34,582 nucleotides of DNA from Candidatus Deferrimicrobiaceae bacterium. GTDB lineage: Bacteria; Chloroflexota; Limnocylindria; Limnocylindrales; CSP1-4. Shown here piece after piece: positions 15,809 to 23,978 of this stretch. Under the pieces are notes generated by a model. It was not told the DNA's origin and ran no database searches. It saw only the letters and a list, made by a program, of their open reading frames with translations. Position numbers and translations under genes: made by a program. Each line of letters starts with the position of its first letter. Position 1 is the stretch's first letter. The DNA lies in NCBI GenBank assembly GCA_035465135.1, contig DATHRO010000085.1:1-34582 (forward strand), given 5' to 3'.

Positions 15809-16885
15809 ATGCCGTTCCCTTCGCGACGTCGCGGCCTGCCGCTGCGCCTGGCCGGCTGCGCGTTGGCGCTGGCCCTCGTCGCGCTGGTTGCCGCGCCCGC
15901 AGCCCGAACGACGTTCCTGCCAGACGACCCGGCCGGCGCGGCCCGGGCGATGGGGCCGCTGCCGGCCTGCCGCTACGACGACATCCTGACGTCGCCGCGC
16001 GGCTACGGCGATTGGGCCGTGACCCTCGTCGACGCGATCCTGCGAGTTCCGCGGACGTACGTGCCGCCGAATCTCGTCCCGGTCGCGGAGGCCGGCATCG
16101 AAGGCTCCGGCAAAGTGCGGCAGGTGATGGTCGACGACCTGCGGGCCATGGCCGACGCGGCACGTGCCGCCGGCGCCGCGCTCGGCGTCCAGAGCGCGTA
16201 CCGCAGCTACGACAAGCAGCGCAAGACGTTCCGCGGGTGGGTCGACCGCTATGGCCGCGAACAGGCGCTCAAGTTTTCCGCGAGGCCCGGCCACAGCGAG
16301 CACCAGCTGGGCCTTGCGATCGACTTCCGGTCCGAGTCCGGGGGGAGCCCGTTCGAGGGCGACTGGGGCGAGACGAAGGCCGGCAAGTGGATGGCCGCCA
16401 ACGCCTGGCAGTACGGCTTCGTCATGAGCTATCCGAAGGGCAGGCAGGCGGTCACCTGCTACGAGTACGAGTCGTGGCACTACCGCTACGTCGGGCGGGA
16501 CCTGGCCGAGGCGATCCACGACTCCGGACTGACGATTCGGGAGTACCTGTGGGCCCACTACACGACGGCCGTTGTGCCGCCGCCCTCGGGCGCTCCGCTG
16601 CCGACCTACGCGCCGACGGCCACGCCGGATGCCTCACCGACGCCATCGGAATCGGCCGCAGCCTCCCCGGAGGCGAGCCCCAGCCCGACGCCCTCACCGT
16701 CGCCCTCGCCGTCCTCCTCGCCGACGCCCTCGGCCGAGCCGTCCGCGGCGCCGTTCCCGCCGCCGACCGGCGGCGCCGCAGCGATCTCGCCGGACGCGGC
16801 CGCCATCGGGCTCGGCGTGATCCTGGTGATGGTCAGCGCCGTGGCGCTCCTCGCCCGGCGTGGGTGGTTCGGGGCAGTACCGTAG
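15809..16885 (+). CDS. VanY/M15B-type D-alanyl-D-alanine carboxypeptidase with Pro/Ser/Thr-rich linker and C-terminal TM anchor
   Basis: Signal peptide LRLAGCALALALVALVAAPAA. Zn-ligand contexts SAYRSY, ARPGHSEHQLGLAIDF and ESWHYRYVG. The PSPTPSPSPSPSSSPTPS linker lies at ~16571-16775, followed by the TM segment AAIGLGVILVMVSAVALLA. Confidence 0.8.
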   Translation: MPFPSRRRGLPLRLAGCALALALVALVAAPAARTTFLPDDPAGAARAMGPLPACRYDDILTSPRGYGDWAVTLVDAILRVPRTYVPPNLVPVAEAGIEGSGKVRQVMVDDLRAMADAARAAGAALGVQSAYRSYDKQRKTFRGWVDRYGREQALKFSARPGHSEHQLGLAIDFRSESGGSPFEGDWGETKAGKWMAANAWQYGFVMSYPKGRQAVTCYEYESWHYRYVGRDLAEAIHDSGLTIREYLWAHYTTAVVPPPSGAPLPTYAPTATPDASPTPSESAAASPEASPSPTPSPSPSPSSSPTPSAEPSAAPFPPPTGGAAAISPDAAAIGLGVILVMVSAVALLARRGWFGAVP

Positions 16886-16965
16886 GGCTACATACAGGTC
16901 TGGTGGGGTTCCATACGCTGCGGCCCTAGCCGCTCGCGATCAGTCGAGCCGCATGGGGAGGTCGC

Positions 16966-18216
16966 ATGTCGCAGCGCCATCGATCCGGCCTGCCCTTCGC
17001 GATGGCCGTCGTCCTCGCGCTCGCGGCACTGCCGTTCCTCGCCAGCCGGCCCGCCGCGGCGGCGGGGACCGACCATGTCACGAACTGCCGGATCAACCTC
17101 CGAGGCGGACCCTCGACCTCGACCGCGCTCGTCGCCACGCTGCCGAAGGACAGCGTGGTGTCGGTCTCCGCAACCGTGAGCGGCGGAGCCTGGACGACGC
17201 ACTGCGGCACGAGCGTCGCGGGGGCGACGTGGTTCAAGGTCGTCGCGATCGACGGCCGCAGCGTCGCGTCGCGCTACGGGACCAGCATCCTCTACGCGGC
17301 CACGGGCCTGTTCCACCCAGCCCCAGCGCCGACGCCGGATTACCGGTCGAACTGTGGCGTCAACCTTCGGGCCACGGCCTCGACCGGCGCATGGATCAGG
17401 GGCGTCGTGGCCAGGAATGCCGTCGTGACCGCGGCGGCGACCGTCAGCGGCGGGCGCTGGCGAGCCGACTGCGGCAGGAGCGTCAGCGGCAGTCGCTGGC
17501 TCAAGATCGTCGCGATCAATGGCCGCAGCGTGCATTCGCTGTACGGCGTGAGCGCCGTCTACGCCGCACGGGGTCTCTTCACGTCCATCCCGCTGACCGG
17601 CTACCTCGAGGGGATCGACGTCTCCAACTGGCAGGGCCGGATCGACTGGGCCCGGGTCAGGGCCGCCGGCGTGCGCTTCGCAATCGCCAAGGCGAGTGAG
17701 GGGGTCGGCTACGAGGACCGGAGCTACGACCGTAACCGGGCCGGCGCGCTGGCCCAGGGCATCGCGTTCGGGGCGTACCACTTCGCCCGGCCGGAGAACA
17801 ACCCGATCAAGGAGGCCGACTGGTTCATCGAGGTCGCGAGCTACCGGCGCGGCATGATCATCCCGACGCTCGATCTCGAGCGAACCGGGGGCCGGAACCC
17901 GACGGGCCTGGCGAACTGGACGAAGGCCTGGCTGACGCGGGTCCACGAGCGGCTTGGCGTGCGGGCCATGATCTACGTCAGCCCGTCGTTCTGGCGCCAG
18001 AATCTTGTCAACACCGAGTGGTTCGCCCGGCACGGCTACCACGTCGTCTGGATCGCCCACTGGCGCGCCACGAACCCGAAGGTGCCGGCCTCGAGCTGGA
18101 ACGGCCGGTCGTGGACCTTCTGGCAGTACTCGACCACCGGCAGCGTGCCGGGCATCTCCGGCCCCGTCGATCTGAACCGCTACCGCTACGCCGGGCTCGC
18201 CGCCGTTCTCTACTGA
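16966..18216 (+). CDS. GH25 muramidase (lysozyme) with two N-terminal SH3b-like repeats
   Basis: Signal peptide with AAA cleavage site. The catalytic domain shows GIDVSNWQG.IDW..V...GV.FAIAKASEG..Y.D, AYHFARP and WTFWQYS..G.VPGI.G.VDLN. Confidence 0.8.
   Translation: MSQRHRSGLPFAMAVVLALAALPFLASRPAAAAGTDHVTNCRINLRGGPSTSTALVATLPKDSVVSVSATVSGGAWTTHCGTSVAGATWFKVVAIDGRSVASRYGTSILYAATGLFHPAPAPTPDYRSNCGVNLRATASTGAWIRGVVARNAVVTAAATVSGGRWRADCGRSVSGSRWLKIVAINGRSVHSLYGVSAVYAARGLFTSIPLTGYLEGIDVSNWQGRIDWARVRAAGVRFAIAKASEGVGYEDRSYDRNRAGALAQGIAFGAYHFARPENNPIKEADWFIEVASYRRGMIIPTLDLERTGGRNPTGLANWTKAWLTRVHERLGVRAMIYVSPSFWRQNLVNTEWFARHGYHVVWIAHWRATNPKVPASSWNGRSWTFWQYSTTGSVPGISGPVDLNRYRYAGLAAVLY
17083..17580 (+). 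repeat. Intragenic tandem duplication: two 77-aa modules (each with two Cys) in the GH25 N-terminus
   Basis: By hand alignment, NCRINLRGGPSTS...GGAWTTHCGTSVAGATWFKVVAIDGRSV...YAATGLF and NCGVNLRATASTG...GGRWRADCGRSVSGSRWLKIVAINGRSV...YAARGLF are identical at about half of the aligned positions. Confidence 0.6.
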
Positions 18217-18243
18217 GTCGCCCGTCGCGGCTACGATGCGCCG

Positions 18244-18957
18244 ATGACGGGCGGCACCGCTCGCTTGATGGCCATCGTGCCGGCCCACGACGAGGCGCCG
18301 CGGATCGGCCCTGTGGTCGCCGGAGCGGCCCGCTACCTACCGGTCCTCGTCGTCGACGACGGCTCGACGGATGCCACGCCCGAGGTCGCCGCGGCGTCCG
18401 GAGCCAGGGTCCTCGAGCAGCGCCCGAACCGCGGTAAGGGGGCCGCGCTGCGGGCCGGATTCAGTGAGGCTCTGCGGTCCGGGGCCGAGGCGGTCGTGAC
18501 GCTGGACGGCGACGGACAGCATGATCCGGCCGAGATCCCGGCGTTCCTCGCGGCCCATGCCGATCGCACCGCCGCCGGCCTGCCGAGCGCGCTGATCATC
18601 GGCCGGCGCGACTTCGCCCGGATGCCGATCGCCCGCCGCATCGCCAACACCCTCGGCACGATCGTCCTGTCGCTGGCCCTCGGTCGCCACATCCCGGACA
18701 ACCAGTCGGGCTATCGGCTCGTCGGCCGGAAGCTGATGGCCGCGACCCTCGACAGCGCCGAGGCCGGCTTCGCGTTCGAGGTCGAGATGATCGCGATCTG
18801 CCTCCGCGAGCGTTGGCCGATCGCCTGGGTCCCGATCCGCACGATCTACGCCGACGAACGCAGCCACATGCGGCCGTTTGCCCACCTGCGCGAGTTCCTG
18901 GCGATTGCCCGCCGGGCGCGCCGGATCGCTCGCTCGCCGAGGACGGAATCCCGCTAG
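18244..18957 (+). CDS. Family 2 glycosyltransferase (polyprenol-phosphate glycosyltransferase-like, soluble domain only)
   Basis: Motifs seen: AIVPAHDEA, VVDDGSTD, NRGKGAAL, LDGDGQHDP and NQSGYR. Confidence 0.8.
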   Translation: MTGGTARLMAIVPAHDEAPRIGPVVAGAARYLPVLVVDDGSTDATPEVAAASGARVLEQRPNRGKGAALRAGFSEALRSGAEAVVTLDGDGQHDPAEIPAFLAAHADRTAAGLPSALIIGRRDFARMPIARRIANTLGTIVLSLALGRHIPDNQSGYRLVGRKLMAATLDSAEAGFAFEVEMIAICLRERWPIAWVPIRTIYADERSHMRPFAHLREFLAIARRARRIARSPRTESR

Positions 18958-21380
18958 CGCAGGACCTCGAAGGCGTCCACATCGACCCGCGGCCGGCCCG
19001 CGGTCCCGACCACGACGATCTTGATCGTGTGATAGCCGACCGACGACCACGTCTTCGAGAACGCGACGTAGCGGGTCGTCCGCGTCGGCGCGTACAGGTC
19101 GATCGTCGCGGCGAGGGAACCGTCGACGTAGACCTTGACCGCGCCGCGGTTGGGTCCGCGGGTCGTGACGAACGCGAGGCTTCGCGCCCTGGTCGTCAGC
19201 TTGGCCTTCGCGCCCGCGACCTTCGCGAATCGCACGGATCCGCCGGAGTAGGCGCTCGAGGACCCGGTCCGCCAGGTGCCGCGGTAGACGATCGCGGCCT
19301 TGGTCTGCTGGAACAGCTTCGGGCGGAGCGTCGGGCCGGCCTTCCAGGGCCCCACGTTGCCGGCCTTGTCGCGGGCCCGGACCTCGAAGCGATAGGTGTG
19401 GCCCGGCTTCAGCGAGGCTTTCCGGGCCGCGCTGCTCAGGCCCGTGGCGATGATCTTGAACGCGCCGCCGTCCCTGCTGCGAGCGACCTCGAAACTGGCG
19501 ATGCCTGCCGGCCCGACGTCGCTTCCAGTCCACGACAGCCGGACGGCGACCTTCGTCCCGATCTGGAGGTTGGAGCGGAGCGCCGCGACGGGCGCGGTCG
19601 TCGTCGGCTTGCTCGCGTCGAGGACCATCGACACGGTGTTCGACGCCGAGACCGGGTTGCCGGCCAGGTCGGTGACCGCGCCGGCCGGGATCCGGAAGGT
19701 CAGCGTCCCGTCGGTCCAGCTGTCGTTGGTGACGCTGAAACCGTAGGCTGCGCCGCTGCCGAAGATCAGCGGTACCTCCCACGGGCTCGCCGCGTGGGAC
19801 GTTCCGCCGATGACGACGTCCGAGGGTTCGAAGCCGAGCACCGGTTCGCTGTAGACGGCCGTCACGTCGATGTACCCCAAGCCGGCGTCGTTGACGTAGG
19901 TCTTGTGGGGTGTCTGCCACAGCGACACGGTCGGCGCGTCGTCGTCGAAGGCGTACGACGTCGTGGCCGTCGCCGGCCCGACGGGGCCGGCCAGCCCGGC
20001 CAGGTCGCTGGTCGTCTCGGCACCGAGCGTCAGCTCGACGGTTCCGTCGGCCGGATCGGCGGCCGAGAGCGTGACGGTATACGAGGCCGCGCTCCCGGTG
20101 ACGGCGTCGACGGACCAGCCGCCCGACGACCCGCCAACCTCGAAGTCGGACGGCTCGAGGCCCGTCACCGGCTCGCTGAAGATCAGCCCGAACGGGATCG
20201 TGTGGCTGCCCGTTGGATCGGGGACGAGCGGCACCAGCGACGCCACGGCCGGCGGCGTGGCGTCGTTGTCCGGGCCCGTCGTGGCGGCGATCCGGTTGGC
20301 GACGTTCTGGCGCAGCGTTGGGAACGTCGGGAAGAACGTGTCGCCCGGGCAGGCCGTGGCGCTGACCTGACGGTGGCCCGAGATGTTCGGGATGGTCTTC
20401 GTGTTGCCGAGCACGGGGTTGACGTAGGTCGACGAGCCGAGCGGGTCGAGCCCGTGGCGCTCGAGCTTCCAGGCCAGCATCGCCTCGAGCGACGACCGAG
20501 CGGCCGCCGTCGGCAGGCGGTTGGTGAAGGTCCCGAGGAGGACGATGCCGACGGTTCCGTCGTTGAAGTTCGTGGCATGAGCGCCGCGGACGACGTTGCT
20601 GGCCAGGTCCTCCCCGGTCGGCTCCTCGCCGCCGGCATAGGGGCGCGAGTAGCGGCCCTCGTAGATCCGGCCCGATTCGTCGATCAGGAAGTTGTAGCCC
20701 ATGTCGCCGAAGTCGCGGGTGACCGCGTAGAGGTGATAGATCGCGCGCACTGTGGCCGCGGGATTAGGGTCGTCGTTCCGGCCGGCGGTGTGATGGACGA
20801 TTGCCTTCTGCATCGGCGCGAAGCTCGGCGGCCAGATCTCGTTGCCGCCCGAGTCGAAGCGCTTCGACTCGTCGGCGCCCCACTCGGCGCGGGAGATGAC
20901 GTCGGGCTGGCTCGTTGCCGCACTGGCCACGCCGGTCTGCCCGTCGGCGAGCCCGCGGTCGGCCCGGGCATCGATCCCGATGACCGTCAGTCGGCCGATC
21001 GGCCGATCGGTCGTGATCCGCACGAACCATGCCCCGCCGGTCCACAGGACGGCGCCCCAGGTCTCGTCGCCGACGTCGTCCGAGGCCTCGGCGTGGCCGA
21101 CCGGCACCTCCTCGCCGAACTCGTTCGGCCGCTCGGCGAAGGCGACCGTGATCTCGGCGTCATGCGCCCGGGACCATCGCACGCTCACGTGCGAGGCGTT
21201 GAACGGCAACGGCACGATCCGGCGGTGCGTGACCGAGGTCGTGACCTCGTGGCTGACGACCTTGATCGGCTTCGGCGCTGCCAGCGTGCCGATCGCCGGC
21301 ACCAGCGCGGTCAGCAGCGACGCGAGCACCAGGCTCGTCCCGAGGTTCGTCGTCAGAGAGCGGCGGCGAGCGGGGCGCAT
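18954..21380 (-). CDS. Large secreted N-acetylmuramoyl-L-alanine amidase (Amidase_2/PGRP domain) with tandem Ig-like domains, an FN3-like domain and a C-terminal beta-sandwich domain
   Basis: Amidase_2 stretches: ISRAEWGADES, AIVHHTAG, GYNFLIDESGRIYEGR, GAHATNFNDGTVGIVLLG and GHRQVSATACPG. A SEPV.G.EPSDF/V motif is repeated, and there is an FN3-like SWTGSD...HTYRFEVRARDKAGN. I took ATG 21380 (signal peptide MRPARRRSLTTNLGTSLVLASLL) as the start; ATG 21416 is also possible. Confidence 0.8.
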   Translation of the reverse strand: MRPARRRSLTTNLGTSLVLASLLTALVPAIGTLAAPKPIKVVSHEVTTSVTHRRIVPLPFNASHVSVRWSRAHDAEITVAFAERPNEFGEEVPVGHAEASDDVGDETWGAVLWTGGAWFVRITTDRPIGRLTVIGIDARADRGLADGQTGVASAATSQPDVISRAEWGADESKRFDSGGNEIWPPSFAPMQKAIVHHTAGRNDDPNPAATVRAIYHLYAVTRDFGDMGYNFLIDESGRIYEGRYSRPYAGGEEPTGEDLASNVVRGAHATNFNDGTVGIVLLGTFTNRLPTAAARSSLEAMLAWKLERHGLDPLGSSTYVNPVLGNTKTIPNISGHRQVSATACPGDTFFPTFPTLRQNVANRIAATTGPDNDATPPAVASLVPLVPDPTGSHTIPFGLIFSEPVTGLEPSDFEVGGSSGGWSVDAVTGSAASYTVTLSAADPADGTVELTLGAETTSDLAGLAGPVGPATATTSYAFDDDAPTVSLWQTPHKTYVNDAGLGYIDVTAVYSEPVLGFEPSDVVIGGTSHAASPWEVPLIFGSGAAYGFSVTNDSWTDGTLTFRIPAGAVTDLAGNPVSASNTVSMVLDASKPTTTAPVAALRSNLQIGTKVAVRLSWTGSDVGPAGIASFEVARSRDGGAFKIIATGLSSAARKASLKPGHTYRFEVRARDKAGNVGPWKAGPTLRPKLFQQTKAAIVYRGTWRTGSSSAYSGGSVRFAKVAGAKAKLTTRARSLAFVTTRGPNRGAVKVYVDGSLAATIDLYAPTRTTRYVAFSKTWSSVGYHTIKIVVVGTAGRPRVDVDAFEVLR

Positions 21381-21427
21381 GGTCGCGGGCTGGACCTCGA
21401 GCTGGGCTGGCCGCATCCCCCGGCGGC

Positions 21428-21466
21428 GCGGACACCACCCTAGGCCACGGCCGTCCGCGGACACCA
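21428..21466. repeat. 10-bp direct repeat GCGGACACCA x2 (29 nt start-to-start) just upstream of the amidase gene
   Basis: Copies at 21428-21437 and 21457-21466 are exact. On the amidase (minus) strand they read TGGTGTCCGC, 48-86 nt upstream of ATG 21380. If ATG 21416 is the true start, the copies lie 12-50 nt upstream instead. Confidence 0.25.
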
Positions 21467-21519
21467 TAGCGAAGCGGGCCTAGCGCGACCCGGGACTTCT
21501 GCGCCCAGGTGCGCCGCGC

Positions 21520-22533
21520 TCATCCGGTCGGGCTCGGCGTCTCCCGGCTGGGCTCGAGATTGAGCCCCGGCAGGACCTCGCGCCCGAAGACCTCGATGAA
21601 CTCCGCCTGGTTGCGACCGACGTTGTGGAGGTGGATCTCGTCGAAGCCCATGTCGAGATAGTGCTGGATGTGCTTCGCGTGGACCTCGGGGTCGGAGCTG
21701 ATCAGGACCCGGTTCGTGAAGTCCTCGGGCCGGACCAGCCTGGCCATCGCGGCAAAGTCCTCGGGCTGCCTGATGTCCTGCTTCGGGAAGGCCATCCCGC
21801 CGTTGGGCCACTCCTCGAGCGCGTTCCTCAGCGCCTCGTCCTCGGTCCGGGCCCAGCTCAGATGGAGCTGGAGGAGCTTCGGAACGGGCGCCTTGCCGGC
21901 TTCGGCACAGCCCGCGTCGCACTGCAGCCACAGCAGCCTGACCTTCTCGTCGGCAGCCCCGACGGTGATCATGCCCTGGGCATAGCGGCCGGTCCGCTTG
22001 GCGTTCAGCGGACCCGACGTCGCGACGTAGATCGGAACGGGCTCCTCAGGACGCGTGTAGAGCTTCGCGCTCTCGAGCTTGAAGTGCTTCCCGCGGTGCC
22101 GCGTGACCTCGCCGGAGAAGAGCTTGGCGATGACCTCGATCGCCTCGAACAGCATCTCCGATCGGACGCCGATCTCCGGCCACTCGCCGCCCAGGACGTG
22201 CTCGTTCAGCGCCTCGCCGGCGCCCAGCCCCAGCCAGAACCGGCCGGGGAACATCGCCCCGAGGGTCGCCGCGGCGTGGGCGATGACGGCCGGGTGGTAG
22301 CGCCCGCCCGGAAAGACGACCGCCGTGCCGAAGCGCAGCGAGGTGCGGGTCCCGAGGGCGCCCATGAATGACCAGGCGAACGCGCTTTGGCCCTGCGACG
22401 GGGTCCAGGGGTGGAAGTGCTCCGAGACCATGAAGCCGGCCTCGAACCCGGCGGCCTCGGCCTGCACGCACCAGTCGAGCAGGTCGGTGGGGTGGAACTG
22501 CTCGAGCATCGCCGCGTAGCCGATCGTCGCCAT
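21520..22533 (-). CDS. F420-dependent oxidoreductase, glucose-6-phosphate-dehydrogenase (FGD)-like LLM family
   Basis: MATIGYAAMLEQFHP..L.....AEAAGFEAGFMVSEHFHPW, GTAV..P..RYHPAVIAHAAATLGAMFPGRFWLGLGAGEALNEH and PIYVA.SGP are collinear with mycobacterial Fgd-type proteins as I recall them. Confidence 0.8.
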   Translation of the reverse strand: MATIGYAAMLEQFHPTDLLDWCVQAEAAGFEAGFMVSEHFHPWTPSQGQSAFAWSFMGALGTRTSLRFGTAVVFPGGRYHPAVIAHAAATLGAMFPGRFWLGLGAGEALNEHVLGGEWPEIGVRSEMLFEAIEVIAKLFSGEVTRHRGKHFKLESAKLYTRPEEPVPIYVATSGPLNAKRTGRYAQGMITVGAADEKVRLLWLQCDAGCAEAGKAPVPKLLQLHLSWARTEDEALRNALEEWPNGGMAFPKQDIRQPEDFAAMARLVRPEDFTNRVLISSDPEVHAKHIQHYLDMGFDEIHLHNVGRNQAEFIEVFGREVLPGLNLEPSRETPSPTG

Positions 22534-22597
22534 TCGCGGATGGTACGGCAGCGAGCGTCCCGATCGCCGCGTTCCAGCCGCGACGGGGAATGGCACG

Positions 22598-23332
22598 ATG
22601 ACGCCCGGGAACCTTGCGATCCTGGGTCGCGCCGCCGGCGGGCCGGCCTACGAGCCGTCCGACGCCGACCTCCGCGACGCCCGGCTCGCGGGCCTGGCCC
22701 TGCCGCGCCGGGCCACGATGGCGTTGCTCGCGGCCACGGCGCTCATCCTTCTCGACGTGACCCGGGCGCTCGTGACGCCGGAGCTGCTCGGCCTACCGGC
22801 CGACGCCGATGGCCTCGCGCGGGCCGTCCAGCGCTTCGGCCTGTTCCTCCTGGTGCCCCTGGCCGTCGTCGTCGGCGCGTTCCGTGACGACCCGCGGCGC
22901 TACGGCCTGACCCTCGGAGACTGGCGCTCGGGTGCGGGTCTCCTGGCCGTGGGCGTTGTCGTGATGACCCCGATCATCCTGGGCCTCGCGACGCTGCCCG
23001 ACTTCCGCGCCTACTACGGCCGGCCGGCCGGATCGCTGCCCGAGGTCGTCGGGGCCTACGCGCTCGAGCTGGTGTCGGCCGAGTTCGTGCTGCGCGGCTT
23101 CCTGCTCTTCGCGCTGCTGCGCCGGATCGGGCCGCTGGCGGTCATCGTCGTGCAGGTCCCGTTCATCTTCGCCCACATCGGAAAGCCCGAGCTCGAGCTC
23201 TGGTCGACCTTCTTCGGCGGGACCGTCTTCGCGTGGCTGAACTGGCGGACCGGCTCGATCGCCTGGAGCAGCCTCGGCCACCTCTACATCCTGGTGCTCA
23301 TGCTCCTCGCCGCCGGTGGCGTGACGGGCTGA
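22598..23332 (+). CDS. CPBP (CAAX/Abi-type) intramembrane metalloprotease family protein
   Basis: Polytopic membrane protein with the motif series ELVSAEFVLRGFL, FIFAHIG and LGHLYILVL. Confidence 0.7.
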   Translation: MTPGNLAILGRAAGGPAYEPSDADLRDARLAGLALPRRATMALLAATALILLDVTRALVTPELLGLPADADGLARAVQRFGLFLLVPLAVVVGAFRDDPRRYGLTLGDWRSGAGLLAVGVVVMTPIILGLATLPDFRAYYGRPAGSLPEVVGAYALELVSAEFVLRGFLLFALLRRIGPLAVIVVQVPFIFAHIGKPELELWSTFFGGTVFAWLNWRTGSIAWSSLGHLYILVLMLLAAGGVTG

Positions 23333-23335
23333 GCG

Positions 23336-23824
23336 TCAGGCGACAGGCCGGCGCCCGGCGCCCCAGCGGCGGACCTCGGCCTCGAGATCGAGCGGCATGA
23401 TCGCGCCGCGACGCTCGAACTCGCCCCACGCCTCCCGTGGGACGCGCCACATGATCTCGAACTCGTTGCCGTCCGGATCGGCGCCGTAAAGCGACTTCGA
23501 GACGCCGTGGTCGCTGGCTCCGGTCAGCGCGCCCACGCCCTGGAGCTCGGCCGCGGCGGTCGCCAGGTCCTCGATCGTGGGCACCTCCCAGGCAAGGTGG
23601 TACAGCCCGGTCGAGCCACGTGGCGGGCGAGGCGCCGCCGACCCGACCGAGAAGAGGCCGAGGTCGTGATGGTTCTCGCCGTTGTTGGCGCGCATGAAGA
23701 CCGCGCGACCGTCGAGCTCAGAGGACACCACCTCGAACCCGAAGACGCGGCCGTAGAACTCGGACGCGGCCTGGGCGTCGCGGACGAAGAGCACGGCGTG
23801 GTTCAGGCGAGCGACGGGGATCAT
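23336..23824 (-). CDS. VOC (glyoxalase/bleomycin-resistance/extradiol dioxygenase) family protein
   Basis: ATG 23824 follows GGAGG. Motifs seen: LNHAVLFVRD...FYGRVFGFEV, HHDLGLF, LYHLAWEV and YGADPDGNEFEI. Confidence 0.8.
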   Translation of the reverse strand: MIPVARLNHAVLFVRDAQAASEFYGRVFGFEVVSSELDGRAVFMRANNGENHHDLGLFSVGSAAPRPPRGSTGLYHLAWEVPTIEDLATAAAELQGVGALTGASDHGVSKSLYGADPDGNEFEIMWRVPREAWGEFERRGAIMPLDLEAEVRRWGAGRRPVA

Positions 23825-23872
23825 CGTGGGCCTCCGATCAGCGGGCATTCGCCGCATGTCTTTGACGACGCA

Positions 23873-23878
23873 ACTATA
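23873..23878 (-). promoter_or_regulatory. Possible -10 hexamer TATAGT (minus strand) for the VOC gene
   Basis: This is a rare AT-rich hexamer about 49 nt upstream of ATG 23824 in the divergent VOC/pntAA spacer. I saw no convincing -35. Confidence 0.25.
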
Positions 23879-23978
23879 TGCCATGTGCGGCGGGTCTCGC
23901 CGCTTCCAGCGATCGCCCGCGCGCCCGCGTATCCTTCGACGGAACCCACTGCGACAGTCACGACATCAGGTGGTGCCC

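Noticed and set aside
16571-16775. Repetitive CCG/TCG/CCC DNA that looks like a microsatellite or short tandem repeat.
   Set aside because: It is in frame and encodes the Pro/Ser/Thr-rich stalk of the M15B peptidase. There is no spacer/repeat periodicity, so it is not a CRISPR array and not a non-coding repeat.
18954-18957. Convergent GT2 and amidase genes overlap by 4 nt, sharing the palindrome CTAG as both stop codons.
   Set aside because: This is a neat feature but a trivial consequence of TAG being self-overlapping in CTAG. No hairpin or terminator is visible between the genes, and no functional implication can be drawn.
19825-19835. GGTTCGAAGCC, a tRNA T-arm-like string.
   Set aside because: It lies inside the well-supported amidase CDS, and no acceptor, D or anticodon arms can be drawn around it. 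I saw no tRNA or rRNA genes anywhere in the window.
18813-21443. An 876-aa plus-strand ORF almost exactly antisense to the amidase gene. Similar long ORFs occur at 301-1701(-), 873-1568(-), 11782-13668(-), 13236-14972(+ N-terminal part), 15667-16929(+), 16888-18288(-), 18337-19920(-), 23507-25459(+ first 540 codons), 23958-25067(-), 25456-27573(-) and 25716-27065(+).
   Set aside because: Their translations are monotonous Arg/Gly/Pro/Asp-rich strings with no recognisable motifs. They overlap genes that have clear family signatures. Long stop-free shadow frames are expected at this GC content.
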